A DNA stretch of 62,704 nucleotides, counting the filler, from Chrysochromulina tobinii (Eukaryota), in assembly GCA_001275005.1 (NCBI GenBank). It is 6 parts of 6 records of this genome, joined end to end, with 100 filler letters (N's around TTAATTAATTAA, not from the genome) between each part and the next. Parts side by side here need not be neighbours in the genome. Positions count along the whole stretch, not along the records: positions 21,811 to 42,276 come from JWZX01000898.1; 5 more parts are not named here. One strand, written 5' to 3'. The position numbers and the translations under genes are program-made. Below the pieces are notes generated by a model that was given only the letters and a program-made list of their open reading frames with translations, made no database searches and was not told the origin of the DNA. Of this stretch, positions 21,911-32,569 are shown one piece after another (within the stretch, counting starts at the first letter, position 1; every line of letters starts with the position of its first letter).

Positions 21911-22444
21911 ATGATGCAGATGGCCACGCTCATCGGCCAGCCATTCCCTGCCAACATCGAAAACTTGTACGTCTTCGACAAGCCATTCGTGAGAGACGAC
22001 GTTTTCACTGGCAAGCGCGTAATCGTCATCTCATTGCCGGGCGCGTTCACCCCTGTCTGATGCGATCAGCTGGACGGCTACAAGCAAGCAGAGATTGAAG
22101 GAGCGGCGGTAGCGGCAGGCGTAGACTGCGTCGTCATCCTTTGCGTGAACGACGGCTACGTGATGCAAGGATGGAAGCAAAGCCGCGGCTTGGCGGGATC
22201 CGAGCTCATCGTGTTCTTGGCAGACCCGTTCGGCAAGCTCACCTCGGCTCTAGGCCTCAACTTGCCCGAGCCGGACGCCGAGCTTGGACCTTTGCTTCGA
22301 GGCCAGCGTGCTGCGATGCTCGTCATTGATGGCGTCGTGCGGCACATGGAGATCAGCGATCCGAATGGAGACCCCAGCGGCGACCACAGCAAGCTCAACA
22401 CCAGCGCTCCGCACATGCTCGAGGTCGCAAAAGGCCTCAAGTAG
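21911..22444 (+). CDS. Prx5/type II peroxiredoxin with an in-frame TGA (22058-22060) at the peroxidatic position; likely selenoprotein
   Basis: SLPGAFTPV-TGA-CDQLDGY; the same frame continues without stops through CVNDGYVMQGW, FLADPFGKLT and RAAMLVIDGVV. Confidence 0.88.
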
Positions 22445-23142
22445 AACAGGCCGCGCGACTTCGACACTTGTGGGGCTAGAGCACCGAAGCCTCGCCTCTC
22501 CCGTCACATGATGCAGCCCGCGACAATGATGCGTTCGAGGATCAAGGCTTCGCCAACGGCCACCCGAACGCGGATACGGTTGAACCCGCAGCGTGCGTAC
22601 AGCGATGACATTCGGTCCCCGGTGGGAGAGGTACTTAGGGGTGGTGTGACGTGTGAGCCACCCCTTAACTTACATCGCATATTACTCGATACTCGCCTCG
22701 TTCTCTCACGTCATGTCGATACTGAAATCCACTGTGCGCAGCCGCGCACGCACTGTCTACTCGCGTCTACTCGGTCGTACCGAAGGCGAATTTCCTGTAG
22801 CAGAAAGCCTCGTCCTACCACATTGAATTCAATGACGTCAAGCCAGGTAAACCAATTTTTTTGAATTTTACCAACATGCGGCCTGTACATGTTCTGTACA
22901 TGTACATGTACACGTCGCTACGAACGCCAAGAACAATTGCGTTGCATGCACCGACGGCATTGGGACGTTTCGACTTTCACAGTCCACGCGGCCTGATGCA
23001 GCGGCCTGACGCGGGTTGAAGGGTCGTCTGCCCACCGCGAGGTCGCGTGTGTGGCTGCAGTCGCCGTGCGTGCGACGAGTGCCACTCCTTTGCTCGTGCG
23101 TGGGGCGCTGCAATCTTGTGGCACGGATACGGAACGGCACGG

Positions 23143-25827
23143 ATGGACACTGTTGAACCCATCGAAGAAGCTGAGTCCTCGCATGATCCGGCTGCGGATG
23201 CCGCCTCCATTAAAGAGTGGCGCGCGAAGCTGCAGGTGGTCTTTGACAGTGCGGCTGCGGCGTTGCCCAGCAATCAGCGGCCGATGATTGCGAGGGTCTC
23301 AGAGCAGGTGCTTGCAGTCGTTGAGGCGTTGCAAACAACTGAACTCGCTCGGAACCACAAGGCGATGGAGAGCCTGCGCTTCCGGGTCCAGTGGGAGAAA
23401 GAACAGGCCAAAAAGCAGCTGGGCTCGCTCCGCAGTGCCTCGACGATGGAGGGGCAGCACCTGATCACGCGGGTGACGATGCAGCTCGAGGCGGAGCACA
23501 AGAACACACTTGAGCAGATGGAGCAGAAAGCGGCCGAGGTGACGAAGCGGTACGAGGCGCAGATAGGCGCCCAGGCCGAGGTGCAGCAGGTGCTCCTCAT
23601 GAAGATCACGCTCCTCGACGGCGGCGCCACCGCGGCCAGCCTTGAGCACGAGCGTCAGGTGAGCTTTATGGCAGCGAGCGCGATGCGCCGGCTACAACAC
23701 GTTGCGCTGAGCCGCGGCTGGCTCACATGGGTCGAGGGGGCGGCCGAGCAGCGCAAGATGCACGGTGCGCTGAGGCGGATGCGAGATTACGCGGTGAATC
23801 TCGCCTTCCACGCGTGGGTCGAGCTATGTGAGCAGCGTGAGTCGCAGCGGCAGCTGATGGAGCAGGCGGCAAGACGGCTGCTGCGGCCCGCGCTCACGTC
23901 TGCGTTCACGCACTGGCTCGAGGAGTGGAAGGAGGCGCAGAGGCGGGTAACGAGGGACGGGCTGCTCGTGCGCATCGAGGAACTTGAAAGCCAGATCATG
24001 CGTGAGCGCATCGAGAGTGCGCGCCGACTCGATGCGGCAGTGGCCGAGCAGCAGAGGCTGCTGCACACGATCACGCTCGGGCAGTCGGAGGCCGTGCGCC
24101 TCGAGGCGCTCGCGCGTGCTGACCTCGTCGAGTATCTTAACCACTCCACCACCCGCCGCCGGCTACACCAAGCACGCATGCGTAGCTGGGGCGCTTGGAA
24201 GGAATTTCGACAAGCCCGCGCCACGCAGCGGCGGCGGCTCAGCCAGTTTGTGAGTCGGTGGCTCAAGCGTCAGCTGGTGCGCGGATGGGCGGAGTGGCAC
24301 GTGTGGGTTCGCATGCATATAAGCGAGCGGAGGTGCATGGGCGCGGTCGTCGGCCGCCTCGCCAACAAGCACCTCTCTCGAGGTTGGACTGGCTGGCACT
24401 CGTGCTGGGAAGAGGGCACTGCGCATCGGCGCATGATGCGCGGTGCCTTGAGCCATCACACCAAGAAGCAGCTCACGGGCTGCTGGGGCTCCTGGCATGT
24501 GCTCCGGCATGAAGCCGCGAGGCAGCGTCAGCTTCTCGCCGTCGCTGCCAGCCGGCTGCGCAACCCGAGCCTCGCGGGCGCCTACGGCGTCTGGCGGCAC
24601 GAATGGCGGAGGGCACTGATGGCGGAGCACGCGAACATCTTAGAGGAGCGTGCCCGGCTCTTCGGCCCAAAAGGGGACAAGGATGGAGAGATCCAGCTGA
24701 GCGAGACGACGTCACCTCCGCTCGAGCTCGCGGAGCGCACGTTATCTCCGCTCGAGCTTGCGGAGCGCAAGGCGGATGAGTTAAGTCGCGCACTGCAAGA
24801 GATGGAGAGATGGAGAGATGAAGAGAGGGGCGCGCGCGAGCTGGCGAAGGCGGAGGCTCAGATGGCGACAGAGATGCTCGTCGAGCTCGACGGCCTGCGA
24901 AATGAGTCCTCCCGCTGGCACGCAGAGCGCGAGGCTTTGCAGGCGAAGCTCGACGAGACCGTACGCCAGCTGACGCGCGAGATCGAGCACGCGCGTGCCG
25001 ACTACGAGCGGCGCGGGCGCGACCTCGCCGCTGCTAAGCTGCACGCCGAGCAAGCCGCCGATGTCGAGAAGGAGGCGAAGGAGACGCTCGAGAAGGCCCT
25101 CGAGGCCGTCGCACGCGCGGACGAAGTACGAGAGACCGAGAAGAGGCAGCTCACGCGCCGGATGTACGAACAGATGGAGGGCCTGCTCGCCGAGCGCATG
25201 GATGCTGTCGCGGTCAACCACGAACACCGCATCCGGGAGCTGACCAACCTCCTCGCGCTGCGCGATCGGCAGCTGATGCGAGCTGTCGCGGGCGCGACTT
25301 CCGGAAATCTCGGCCTCTCGAGATCAAGCTCGGCGATGCCGGCGTTCATGGCCCCAGCATACGCGGCGGCTGCCACACCTGGCACGGCGCTACACAAGAG
25401 CGCGTCCGAGAGCGCGTCGCCCAAACCTCTCGTGCGCGGCTCGGGTGACAAGCGCTCCCTTGACCTCCGACCTGTGAACGCACCTGTGGACGACCTCCGG
25501 ATGAAGCGGCCGGCCACTGCCGCGTACACGACGAATGCCTCGCGTCGTGGGCGGGGGCCGGCCGCGGGCATGGCGCTCAGTACGTCGAGCGCTGGGCTGC
25601 TCGTCACCGCGACGCTGCCCGAGGCGGTTGGCTGGGCGGGGCAGATGGCCAGAGTTGACGCGCAGCCGCTCGGGCTCACGATCGCGCTGCCTATCGTGCC
25701 CACGAGGGACATCACAACCCCTCATCTCTACCATACGATGACAGCTCCCGGCGGGAGCATGATGGGTGCAAAGTCCGCACCTTCTTGGACGAGCCCCTTT
25801 AGCAGACGATGCGGGAGTCAGGCGTGA
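23143..25827 (+). CDS. Coiled-coil protein with Sfi1-like Trp-containing repeats
   Basis: Recurrent L.R.W..W and AF..W motifs in Arg-rich helices, followed by coiled coil. Confidence 0.65.
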   Translation: MDTVEPIEEAESSHDPAADAASIKEWRAKLQVVFDSAAAALPSNQRPMIARVSEQVLAVVEALQTTELARNHKAMESLRFRVQWEKEQAKKQLGSLRSASTMEGQHLITRVTMQLEAEHKNTLEQMEQKAAEVTKRYEAQIGAQAEVQQVLLMKITLLDGGATAASLEHERQVSFMAASAMRRLQHVALSRGWLTWVEGAAEQRKMHGALRRMRDYAVNLAFHAWVELCEQRESQRQLMEQAARRLLRPALTSAFTHWLEEWKEAQRRVTRDGLLVRIEELESQIMRERIESARRLDAAVAEQQRLLHTITLGQSEAVRLEALARADLVEYLNHSTTRRRLHQARMRSWGAWKEFRQARATQRRRLSQFVSRWLKRQLVRGWAEWHVWVRMHISERRCMGAVVGRLANKHLSRGWTGWHSCWEEGTAHRRMMRGALSHHTKKQLTGCWGSWHVLRHEAARQRQLLAVAASRLRNPSLAGAYGVWRHEWRRALMAEHANILEERARLFGPKGDKDGEIQLSETTSPPLELAERTLSPLELAERKADELSRALQEMERWRDEERGARELAKAEAQMATEMLVELDGLRNESSRWHAEREALQAKLDETVRQLTREIEHARADYERRGRDLAAAKLHAEQAADVEKEAKETLEKALEAVARADEVRETEKRQLTRRMYEQMEGLLAERMDAVAVNHEHRIRELTNLLALRDRQLMRAVAGATSGNLGLSRSSSAMPAFMAPAYAAAATPGTALHKSASESASPKPLVRGSGDKRSLDLRPVNAPVDDLRMKRPATAAYTTNASRRGRGPAAGMALSTSSAGLLVTATLPEAVGWAGQMARVDAQPLGLTIALPIVPTRDITTPHLYHTMTAPGGSMMGAKSAPSWTSPFSRRCGSQA

Positions 25828-26037
25828 CGAACGTACGAAAACGGTGTCTGGTATTTTCTGGCTAAATCACATAACTTTAACTACCTAGGGGGTCTTGGGC
25901 GTTGTCTATGTGTGTCATGTTTGTCATGCTCATCAACCCCCCCTGGCCGTCGTAACACAACGTTCACAGTACAGGACATCCATTTCACAGGTCGGCGGCA
26001 TATCCGGAATCATGTTTGGTGGTGCCAGCTCACATAC

Positions 26038-27585
26038 ATGTTGGCTCGCCGTGTGCCGGCGTTCGCGACTCGCGTGCTGACGGCTGCACGCGCTCGCACA
26101 TTATCAACCGCCATCGTCGATCCGACCAACTACGAGCCGGCCGCCGGACACACTCACGACCCGTGGGCGCCGCCTGAGCTGCAGGCGCGCTCCAACGACG
26201 TCGACCTGAAGGCCGTGTCGGCTGCGCACTGGGAGGACAAATGGGACGCGGCGAAGATCCGCGCGGCATCGGCCGCGCACGTCGGTGCCACCTGGACGCC
26301 GTCCAACGTCTTGGACGACGTGCCCATCCTCGTCAAGGGCGAGGGCGTCTTCCTGCATGCGGCCGATGGCCGCAAGTTTATCGACTGGACGTCGCAGGCC
26401 GTCTGCACGAACCTCGGTTACGACGTGCCGCCGGCCGTCATTGAGGCGGTCACGCGCCAGCTCACCGAGCTGCCGCACGTTTACAGCGGCCTGGGCATGG
26501 TCGAGCCACGCGCGCGGCTCGCGGCCCTGCTGGCGGAGCTGCTGCCGGCACCGCTCACGGGCCTGATCTTCCCTTCGAGCGGCTCCGAGGCGAACGAGGC
26601 GGCAATCCGCATCGCGCGGCGGTTCACGGGCAAGCACAAGATCCTCACACAGTACCGCTCGTACCACGGCGGCTCCGGCGCGTCGCTCGCGGCCACTGGC
26701 GACTTCCGCCGCTGGTATGCTGAGGCAGGCAACAGCGGCTTCATCAAGGCCATCAATCCGACGCCGCTCATGTTCTCGTGGTCGGAGGCGGGCGACGCGG
26801 CCGAGACGGACGGGGCGCATCGGGCGCTCGCCGCACTCGAAGAACAGATTCTCCTCGAAGGGCCTCAGACGATCGCCGCTGTGCTCCTCGAGTCGATAGT
26901 GGGCTCCGGTGGCACCTTCATCGCTCCCGAGGCGTACATGCGCGGAGTGCGCGCGCTGTGCGACAAGTACGGCATCCTGTACATCGCGGACGAGGTGATG
27001 GTCGGCTTTGGGCGCACGGGCAAGATGTGGGGCTTCCAGCACTACGAGGGACTGGTGCCCGACATAGTGACCTCTGCTAAGGGCCTCACGGCCGCTTACC
27101 TCCCGCTTTCGATGGTCGCGATGAGCGCGGAGCTGCATGAGTTCTTCCGCACGCGGCCCGTGGGCTGGGGCTCCACGTACCAGGCGCACCCCGTCGCGCT
27201 CGCATGCGCGTACGAGTGCGTCAAGCACCTGCTCAAACACGACCTTGTGGGGAACGCAGCGCGCCTCGAGCCGGTCATGCGGGAGTGCACCGACCATCTC
27301 GTAGCCTCTCACCCGTCGGTGCGTCAGGGCCGTGTCAAAGGGCTCTTCGGCTGCCTCGACCTGCAGGGCGTCGACGGCAAGTACATGCAGCCGCTCTCCG
27401 GCCCGCCGCACGCGGCGGTCAAGCCGTTCAGGCGCGCGCTGCTCGACGAGGGCGTGTATGGGCTCGTGCGCCCGCCGCTGTTGCACTCGGCGCCACCGCT
27501 CGTCATCGATGAGCCAACGCTGCGCGACGGCTTCGCGCGCGTCGACCGCGCGCTCAGCGTGCTCGACAAGGAGCTCGGGTTCTGA
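26038..27585 (+). CDS. Class III PLP-dependent aminotransferase, mitochondrial-type presequence
   Basis: SGSEANEAA, SYHG, YIADEVMVGFGRTG and PDIVTSAKGLT. Confidence 0.93.
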   Translation: MLARRVPAFATRVLTAARARTLSTAIVDPTNYEPAAGHTHDPWAPPELQARSNDVDLKAVSAAHWEDKWDAAKIRAASAAHVGATWTPSNVLDDVPILVKGEGVFLHAADGRKFIDWTSQAVCTNLGYDVPPAVIEAVTRQLTELPHVYSGLGMVEPRARLAALLAELLPAPLTGLIFPSSGSEANEAAIRIARRFTGKHKILTQYRSYHGGSGASLAATGDFRRWYAEAGNSGFIKAINPTPLMFSWSEAGDAAETDGAHRALAALEEQILLEGPQTIAAVLLESIVGSGGTFIAPEAYMRGVRALCDKYGILYIADEVMVGFGRTGKMWGFQHYEGLVPDIVTSAKGLTAAYLPLSMVAMSAELHEFFRTRPVGWGSTYQAHPVALACAYECVKHLLKHDLVGNAARLEPVMRECTDHLVASHPSVRQGRVKGLFGCLDLQGVDGKYMQPLSGPPHAAVKPFRRALLDEGVYGLVRPPLLHSAPPLVIDEPTLRDGFARVDRALSVLDKELGF

Positions 27586-27656
27586 GCCACCATGCCGCGA
27601 GGATGTTGTGTGGAGGAGGTGGCGGCTGATTGGCTTCGTCGGTGCGGGGATTAGGT

Positions 27657-27725
27657 ACAGGAACCTCATCTCTAAAACCTAGTGGCGCACTGGGCGAGCA
27701 TGTAACCGACTCGCCGAACCATTTG
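27657..27725. repeat. Direct repeat, left copy (right copy 29847-29912)
   Basis: ACAGGAACCTCATCTC..AAAACCTAGTGGCGCA..GGGCGAGCATGTA.CCGACTCGCCGAACCATTTG. Confidence 0.9.
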
Positions 27726-28556
27726 ACAGCTGCTAGCTAGTATGTGACCAAATTCCAGTGCGTTCGCGTTGTCACTCGATAAAAAAGGATAATTTTCCGC
27801 CATTCGTTTAGGGTTTACTCGCTGTGAGCTGCGCACTTGCGTTCCGGGGGTCTGGACTCGCACGTCTTTCACTTTCTTTGCCGTGCGATGTATCGCAGGC
27901 CCATAATAGCAGAGTAAACCTGGTCGCGCGTTGAAACGTAGAATTGCAGATCATCAAAGCTACACAAGCAGCCTGGTGAGCGCGAAACCCCGGTCCCTGC
28001 TAAAGCTAGACCAGGCTTATTACATCGCGGTGGGTAGGCGGGAACACTTAACTCTCGTCAGAGAGACCGACATCATGCGCACCATTGGCATTGCGCTTCG
28101 AAATCTCCCCAAGAGCCGCAGAGGTGCCGAATAGCACTCAGTCTGCCCCCTATGTATCACTCCCGTTGGGATTAATCCCCCGGGATACGCATCGAATAAA
28201 TTCGAGAACCCTTTGGGCCTCGAGCCTCGAGCAGCAGATCTCCCGATATGTCTCCCCATGGTACCCCATATGCCCAATATCCCAAACGGCCGGGTCGAGA
28301 CGTCTCCCAGCATACAAGGGCCAGCATACCCCTTCCCCCCCTGGCCGGGCTACTGATGCTCCGCTGTCTGTCTCTTCACGCGGTGATTCACGGCCGCTTA
28401 ACCGTTAACCGTTGGTTTTGTGGCAAAGAAATCACACAGACACATTCACACCCATGCACACCCTGTTGTGTTGTGAACCATTTTTGGGCTAATGATTACT
28501 TAGTGCAAGGGGTACATAGTAGTGGCCCCGGTATCTACGGTACAGTAGGTCTGGTC

Positions 28557-29723
28557 ATGCCAACGACTCGTAAGTCCACGCGCGATGCGGCTCGGCCTCC
28601 TCCTTTTCTGTGGGGCGTCATGGACGGTGATTCGCTCATCATGGTGTTTTCGAAGCTAAGCACATTGGCCGACATGGTGAACGCGAGCCTCGTTTGCCGG
28701 GCGTGGGCCACTGCGGCTCGGGTGGAACAGGCATGGGAGTGCGCCGTCAAGGCCAACTTTCCGTCAGAGCTGCACTCCGGGGTGTTCCACTCGTTCGAGA
28801 CCCTTGGAATCATGGGGTGGAAGGCGCGCTGCAAGCTGCTCTTACAACGCGTGAGGCCAATTTGTCCGAAGCGTGGCTGGGGGGGGCAGGACATCAAGGC
28901 CATGTACTCATTCGTCGTCTCGGTAGCTGACGCTGAGGGCAACGCCGTGTCATCTGCGGCGACGCTGTGCGCTCCACGTCACTTCGCTTTGCGCTTCCCT
29001 AAGAGTCGTCCCGATTTCTACTTCCGCCTCGAGGCCTTATTCGACATTGAGGCTGTGCTGAACGTCGGCGCAAAGGGTGACTGGCTTCTGAACGATCCGG
29101 ACACTATTTACGCTGACGGAGCCGATGGGTTTGGAACAGCGACCGTCGATGTGTTCGTGCGCCGTTCGAGCGACGGAAGAGTAGCTCACCTCATGAAGAG
29201 CGACTTCGACTTCGAGAATCCGTTCCCGAGCGAAGGAGTTGGAGTCTGTCCTCACAGACGCGTCCCGAAGGATGCCATTTCCCCACAGTCTGGTGCCCAT
29301 GATGCGCCTGAGCTTGCCATCTCTATTGAGAACTGGAGCGTGAAGCCGCCATGGCTCGGGGAGCACGTACATGATGTGTACCCCAACCTCTCGTGTGGCC
29401 GCTGGCGGGAAGATCCCCAGTTTCCCCACAGCAAGCAAGAGCCTCCGTCTCGAGTACGGCTCCAGTGGCCATCACACCGAAACGGATCATATGATCCGGA
29501 GTGGGTCGTTGGACTGTCGGCGATTGCAAAGCCTCCACAGCCGCGAGAGCTCGACGACGACGACGACGACGTTGAGGACGTAGAGGAGGCAAAGACTAGC
29601 AAGTGGACGGGCCTGCAGCTCGACTTCAGCTGGTCCGACTCCTTTGGCCAGGGAGAGCACGAGCCTGTTGCAAACGACTTTATGGCACAAGCCCTTGCCG
29701 GCCGTGCGCTCCTGTGGGTCTGA
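28557..29723 (+). CDS. F-box-like domain protein
   Basis: DSLIMVFSKLSTLADMVNASLVCRAW matches the F-box pattern; the C-terminus is not recognised. Confidence 0.7.
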   Translation: MPTTRKSTRDAARPPPFLWGVMDGDSLIMVFSKLSTLADMVNASLVCRAWATAARVEQAWECAVKANFPSELHSGVFHSFETLGIMGWKARCKLLLQRVRPICPKRGWGGQDIKAMYSFVVSVADAEGNAVSSAATLCAPRHFALRFPKSRPDFYFRLEALFDIEAVLNVGAKGDWLLNDPDTIYADGADGFGTATVDVFVRRSSDGRVAHLMKSDFDFENPFPSEGVGVCPHRRVPKDAISPQSGAHDAPELAISIENWSVKPPWLGEHVHDVYPNLSCGRWREDPQFPHSKQEPPSRVRLQWPSHRNGSYDPEWVVGLSAIAKPPQPRELDDDDDDVEDVEEAKTSKWTGLQLDFSWSDSFGQGEHEPVANDFMAQALAGRALLWV

Positions 29724-29846
29724 GCCGCGCCCGTTTGAGCCTACCGACCCGGAGACGCTCCGAGCTCTCATCTCGTGCGCGGCCGCGCCGGGTCTGGCAC
29801 ATCGATAGTCAGACCGAACGGTGTGTGTCCCGAGACAAACACTGTC

Positions 29847-29912
29847 ACAGGAACCTCATCTCAAAACCTAGTGGCGCAGGGCGAGCATGTATCCGACTCG
29901 CCGAACCATTTG
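29847..29912. repeat. Direct repeat, right copy
   Basis: Near-identical to 27657-27725, with small indels. Confidence 0.9.
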
Positions 29913-29969
29913 TTTCATAACTGCAAGCTATTCACAAGCCTCACGTTCACGCGGCGACTTGGCGTAAGG

Positions 29970-32309
29970 ATGGCGCACAAGACCGACCGCGCAGCCGCCA
30001 CCTCGACCGTAACCGCCTTCGCGGCTGCCGAGAGCGAAGCAGGCGACTGCTCCGACGTCGCGATCCTCCTCAGCCGACTGCAAGCGCGCGGCCCGCTAAA
30101 ACGCGCGTACGCTTTGTTGCGCGAGTCGCTCCCCGATGAGCTCTTGGGGCTCGGCGCTAGCCGAGTGCACGCGCTCGTGCTCAGTGCGTTGCAGTCACTG
30201 CTCGACGGGCCAGCACGAGAGGACAAAGAGGCGTGGCCTGGCTCGGGAGCTGCCGCCTATTGCTCGCTGCTGCTCGACGCGGCCTCCAAGTTGCACGCCA
30301 ACGGCTCCGCAGCAGTGCTGCCTTCGCACCGTGAGCAGGCCGTCACGCTGTGTGCGCGGCACCCGCGCTTCGTGCGCAAGCTCCTTGCTGTCTACGGAGG
30401 AGGTGAGGACGACCGAGCGCCGGCGCTGCTTGCGGCACAGACGTTGTGGGCACGCGGTGACGGCGCGGAGGTGGCGCAGCTCACCGCTTCCTTCGCGCTG
30501 CACGCCCACTTTGACGTGCGCGCTTTGCTCCGCTCCGCCCTAGACAGCACTCAGCCGCAGGCCGCCACGGCTCTTGCGAGTGCTTCGCCGGAGCATGCTC
30601 TGATGCTGCTCGAGGAGCTGTGCGAGCGCGGCGACGCGCGCCAGGCGCTGCGCGCCCTGCCCAAGCTCAACCTTACGCGTCGCACACTGCCGTTGACCAC
30701 GCGCCGGCTGCTCCGTCGGGGCGTGCTCTCGCCTCGCCGCCGCTGGCTCGCGCGCTCGAGGCTGTGGGATCTCATTGACGCCTTCTACGCGGCGGCCGCG
30801 GCAGGCGTCGCCGAGGCCAGCAGCGCGCACGACGAGGAGGATGCGGCGCTCGACACGGCGCTCGACACGACGCTCGACACGGCGCTCGACACGGCGCTTG
30901 ACAGCGCGGCGCAGGTGGAGCGGCTCGTGCTGCGGACGGTGCTACCAGCATGTGATTGGGTGGCGCTGGCCGCGGGCCTGAGCCTCGAGCTTGCAAAGGA
31001 AGGGCTGCGCACCGTCGCCGTCCACGGCTGCTTACGTCATCAGATTGAGAGCGCACTGCCTCCCAAATTACGGCCAATTACGGCAGCAGAGCGCGCAGAG
31101 GCGAGGGCCTTGACGGAGGAACAGGTGGCCACTGGCGCCCCCTACGTGGCACTGGCGCCCGCACGCGACGGTGCCCGCGGCGGCGCGCCTCCGAGCTACT
31201 TTGGCCAACGGCTCGATCTCGCGCGGGTGATCGTGATCTCGGACGCCGCCGGAATGCGCTCCATGTACGCCGCCGTGCTGGCCGGCGCTGTGCCGGGCGC
31301 TGTGCCGGGCGCTGTGCCGGGCGCTGTGCCGGGCGCTGTGCCGGACGCAGTGGGGTCGCACGCCGGCGCCGGCGCGTCGCTCCCGGTGCGAGCCGGCGAG
31401 ACGACCGCCGCCAGTGGCGGCCGAGCGGCAGGTGGCGCGAGCGACGCACTGGCTGTCTCTCGAGGCGTGCTCGGCATCGACATCGAATGGTTTGACGGCG
31501 AGGGCGGCTCGGGCGAGGGTGGCATGGTGCAGTGGGTGCAGCTCGCAGATGGGATGCGCATCTACCTGCTCGACGTGCCCGCGCTGCTGGGCACGGACGC
31601 ATCGCGCGTGGCCTTTGCGGAGGGCTGGAGAGCTCTCATGAGCTGCCAAGGCCTGCTCAAGCTAGGCCTCGGGCTCAAGCAAGACCTGAGAAAGCTACGC
31701 AAGGCGCACGCAGTACTCGCGGCAGCTGGCGCCGACGAGCTTGAGCCGGCCGTTGAATTGGGTGCGCTCTGGAGCAAGCGGCGGGCCGCCAAGGCTAAGG
31801 TGGGCGGCGGTGGCGGCGGTGGCCGCGGTCGTGGCGGTGGCGGCGGTGGCGGCGATGGCGGCGATGGCGGCGACGGCGACAGCGATGGCGGCGGCGACGA
31901 AGGCGGCGACGAAGGCCGCGACGACGGCGGTGGCGGGGCGGGGCGCAATAGTCCCGGCCTTTCCGCGCTGGTGCAGGAGACCTTCGGGAGCCCCCTCGAC
32001 AAGTCGATGTGCCTTTCCAACTGGACACGTCGGCCGCTCACCCTCTCCCAGCTGCGCTACGCCGCTCTCGACGCCGAGTGTCTGGTGACCCTGTTTGCAC
32101 ACTGGGAGCGCCAACGTATTCTCGAGGGGACGCCGCCGCTTCTGCCCGCCTACCTGCCTCCTGCCCGCATGCGTGGCGTCACTTGCTGCGTCGTGTCGCT
32201 ACAGGCCGTTGCTTCGGCGGCGGTGCGCATCGAGCTTGCAGTTGGTGCCAGCTTCGCGGCGCGCATGCTGGGCGCTGCCTCCGTGAGCGACTGCGCTACT
32301 TGTGGTTGA
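29970..32309 (+). CDS. DEDDy 3'-5' exonuclease, mut-7/EXD3-like
   Basis: ExoI GIDIEW, ExoII LGLKQDL and ExoIII SNWTRRPLTLSQLRYAALDA. Confidence 0.85.
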   Translation: MAHKTDRAAATSTVTAFAAAESEAGDCSDVAILLSRLQARGPLKRAYALLRESLPDELLGLGASRVHALVLSALQSLLDGPAREDKEAWPGSGAAAYCSLLLDAASKLHANGSAAVLPSHREQAVTLCARHPRFVRKLLAVYGGGEDDRAPALLAAQTLWARGDGAEVAQLTASFALHAHFDVRALLRSALDSTQPQAATALASASPEHALMLLEELCERGDARQALRALPKLNLTRRTLPLTTRRLLRRGVLSPRRRWLARSRLWDLIDAFYAAAAAGVAEASSAHDEEDAALDTALDTTLDTALDTALDSAAQVERLVLRTVLPACDWVALAAGLSLELAKEGLRTVAVHGCLRHQIESALPPKLRPITAAERAEARALTEEQVATGAPYVALAPARDGARGGAPPSYFGQRLDLARVIVISDAAGMRSMYAAVLAGAVPGAVPGAVPGAVPGAVPDAVGSHAGAGASLPVRAGETTAASGGRAAGGASDALAVSRGVLGIDIEWFDGEGGSGEGGMVQWVQLADGMRIYLLDVPALLGTDASRVAFAEGWRALMSCQGLLKLGLGLKQDLRKLRKAHAVLAAAGADELEPAVELGALWSKRRAAKAKVGGGGGGGRGRGGGGGGGDGGDGGDGDSDGGGDEGGDEGRDDGGGGAGRNSPGLSALVQETFGSPLDKSMCLSNWTRRPLTLSQLRYAALDAECLVTLFAHWERQRILEGTPPLLPAYLPPARMRGVTCCVVSLQAVASAAVRIELAVGASFAARMLGAASVSDCATCG

Positions 32310-32569
32310 CGCTTGCGGTATAGAGCTCCTGTGTTCTGCCCGATGGAGCACCGATGGAGCACCGCGGTGTGAACAGCTCCGTTTCCGAGGTGCTCGTGCA
32401 CTGCGCCGGCACATGTGCTAAAAAAAGTATCGATAAACGGTATGGGCGTGAGTGTCGCAACAACTCGCCCCATGTTGGTTGTCATTGCCCCCTCACCCCG
32501 CGCGAGTCCGTGCGTCTGCCGGGCGTCGGGCTATTCTCGACAAAGAACCCAGCAACCCACCCATTATAC

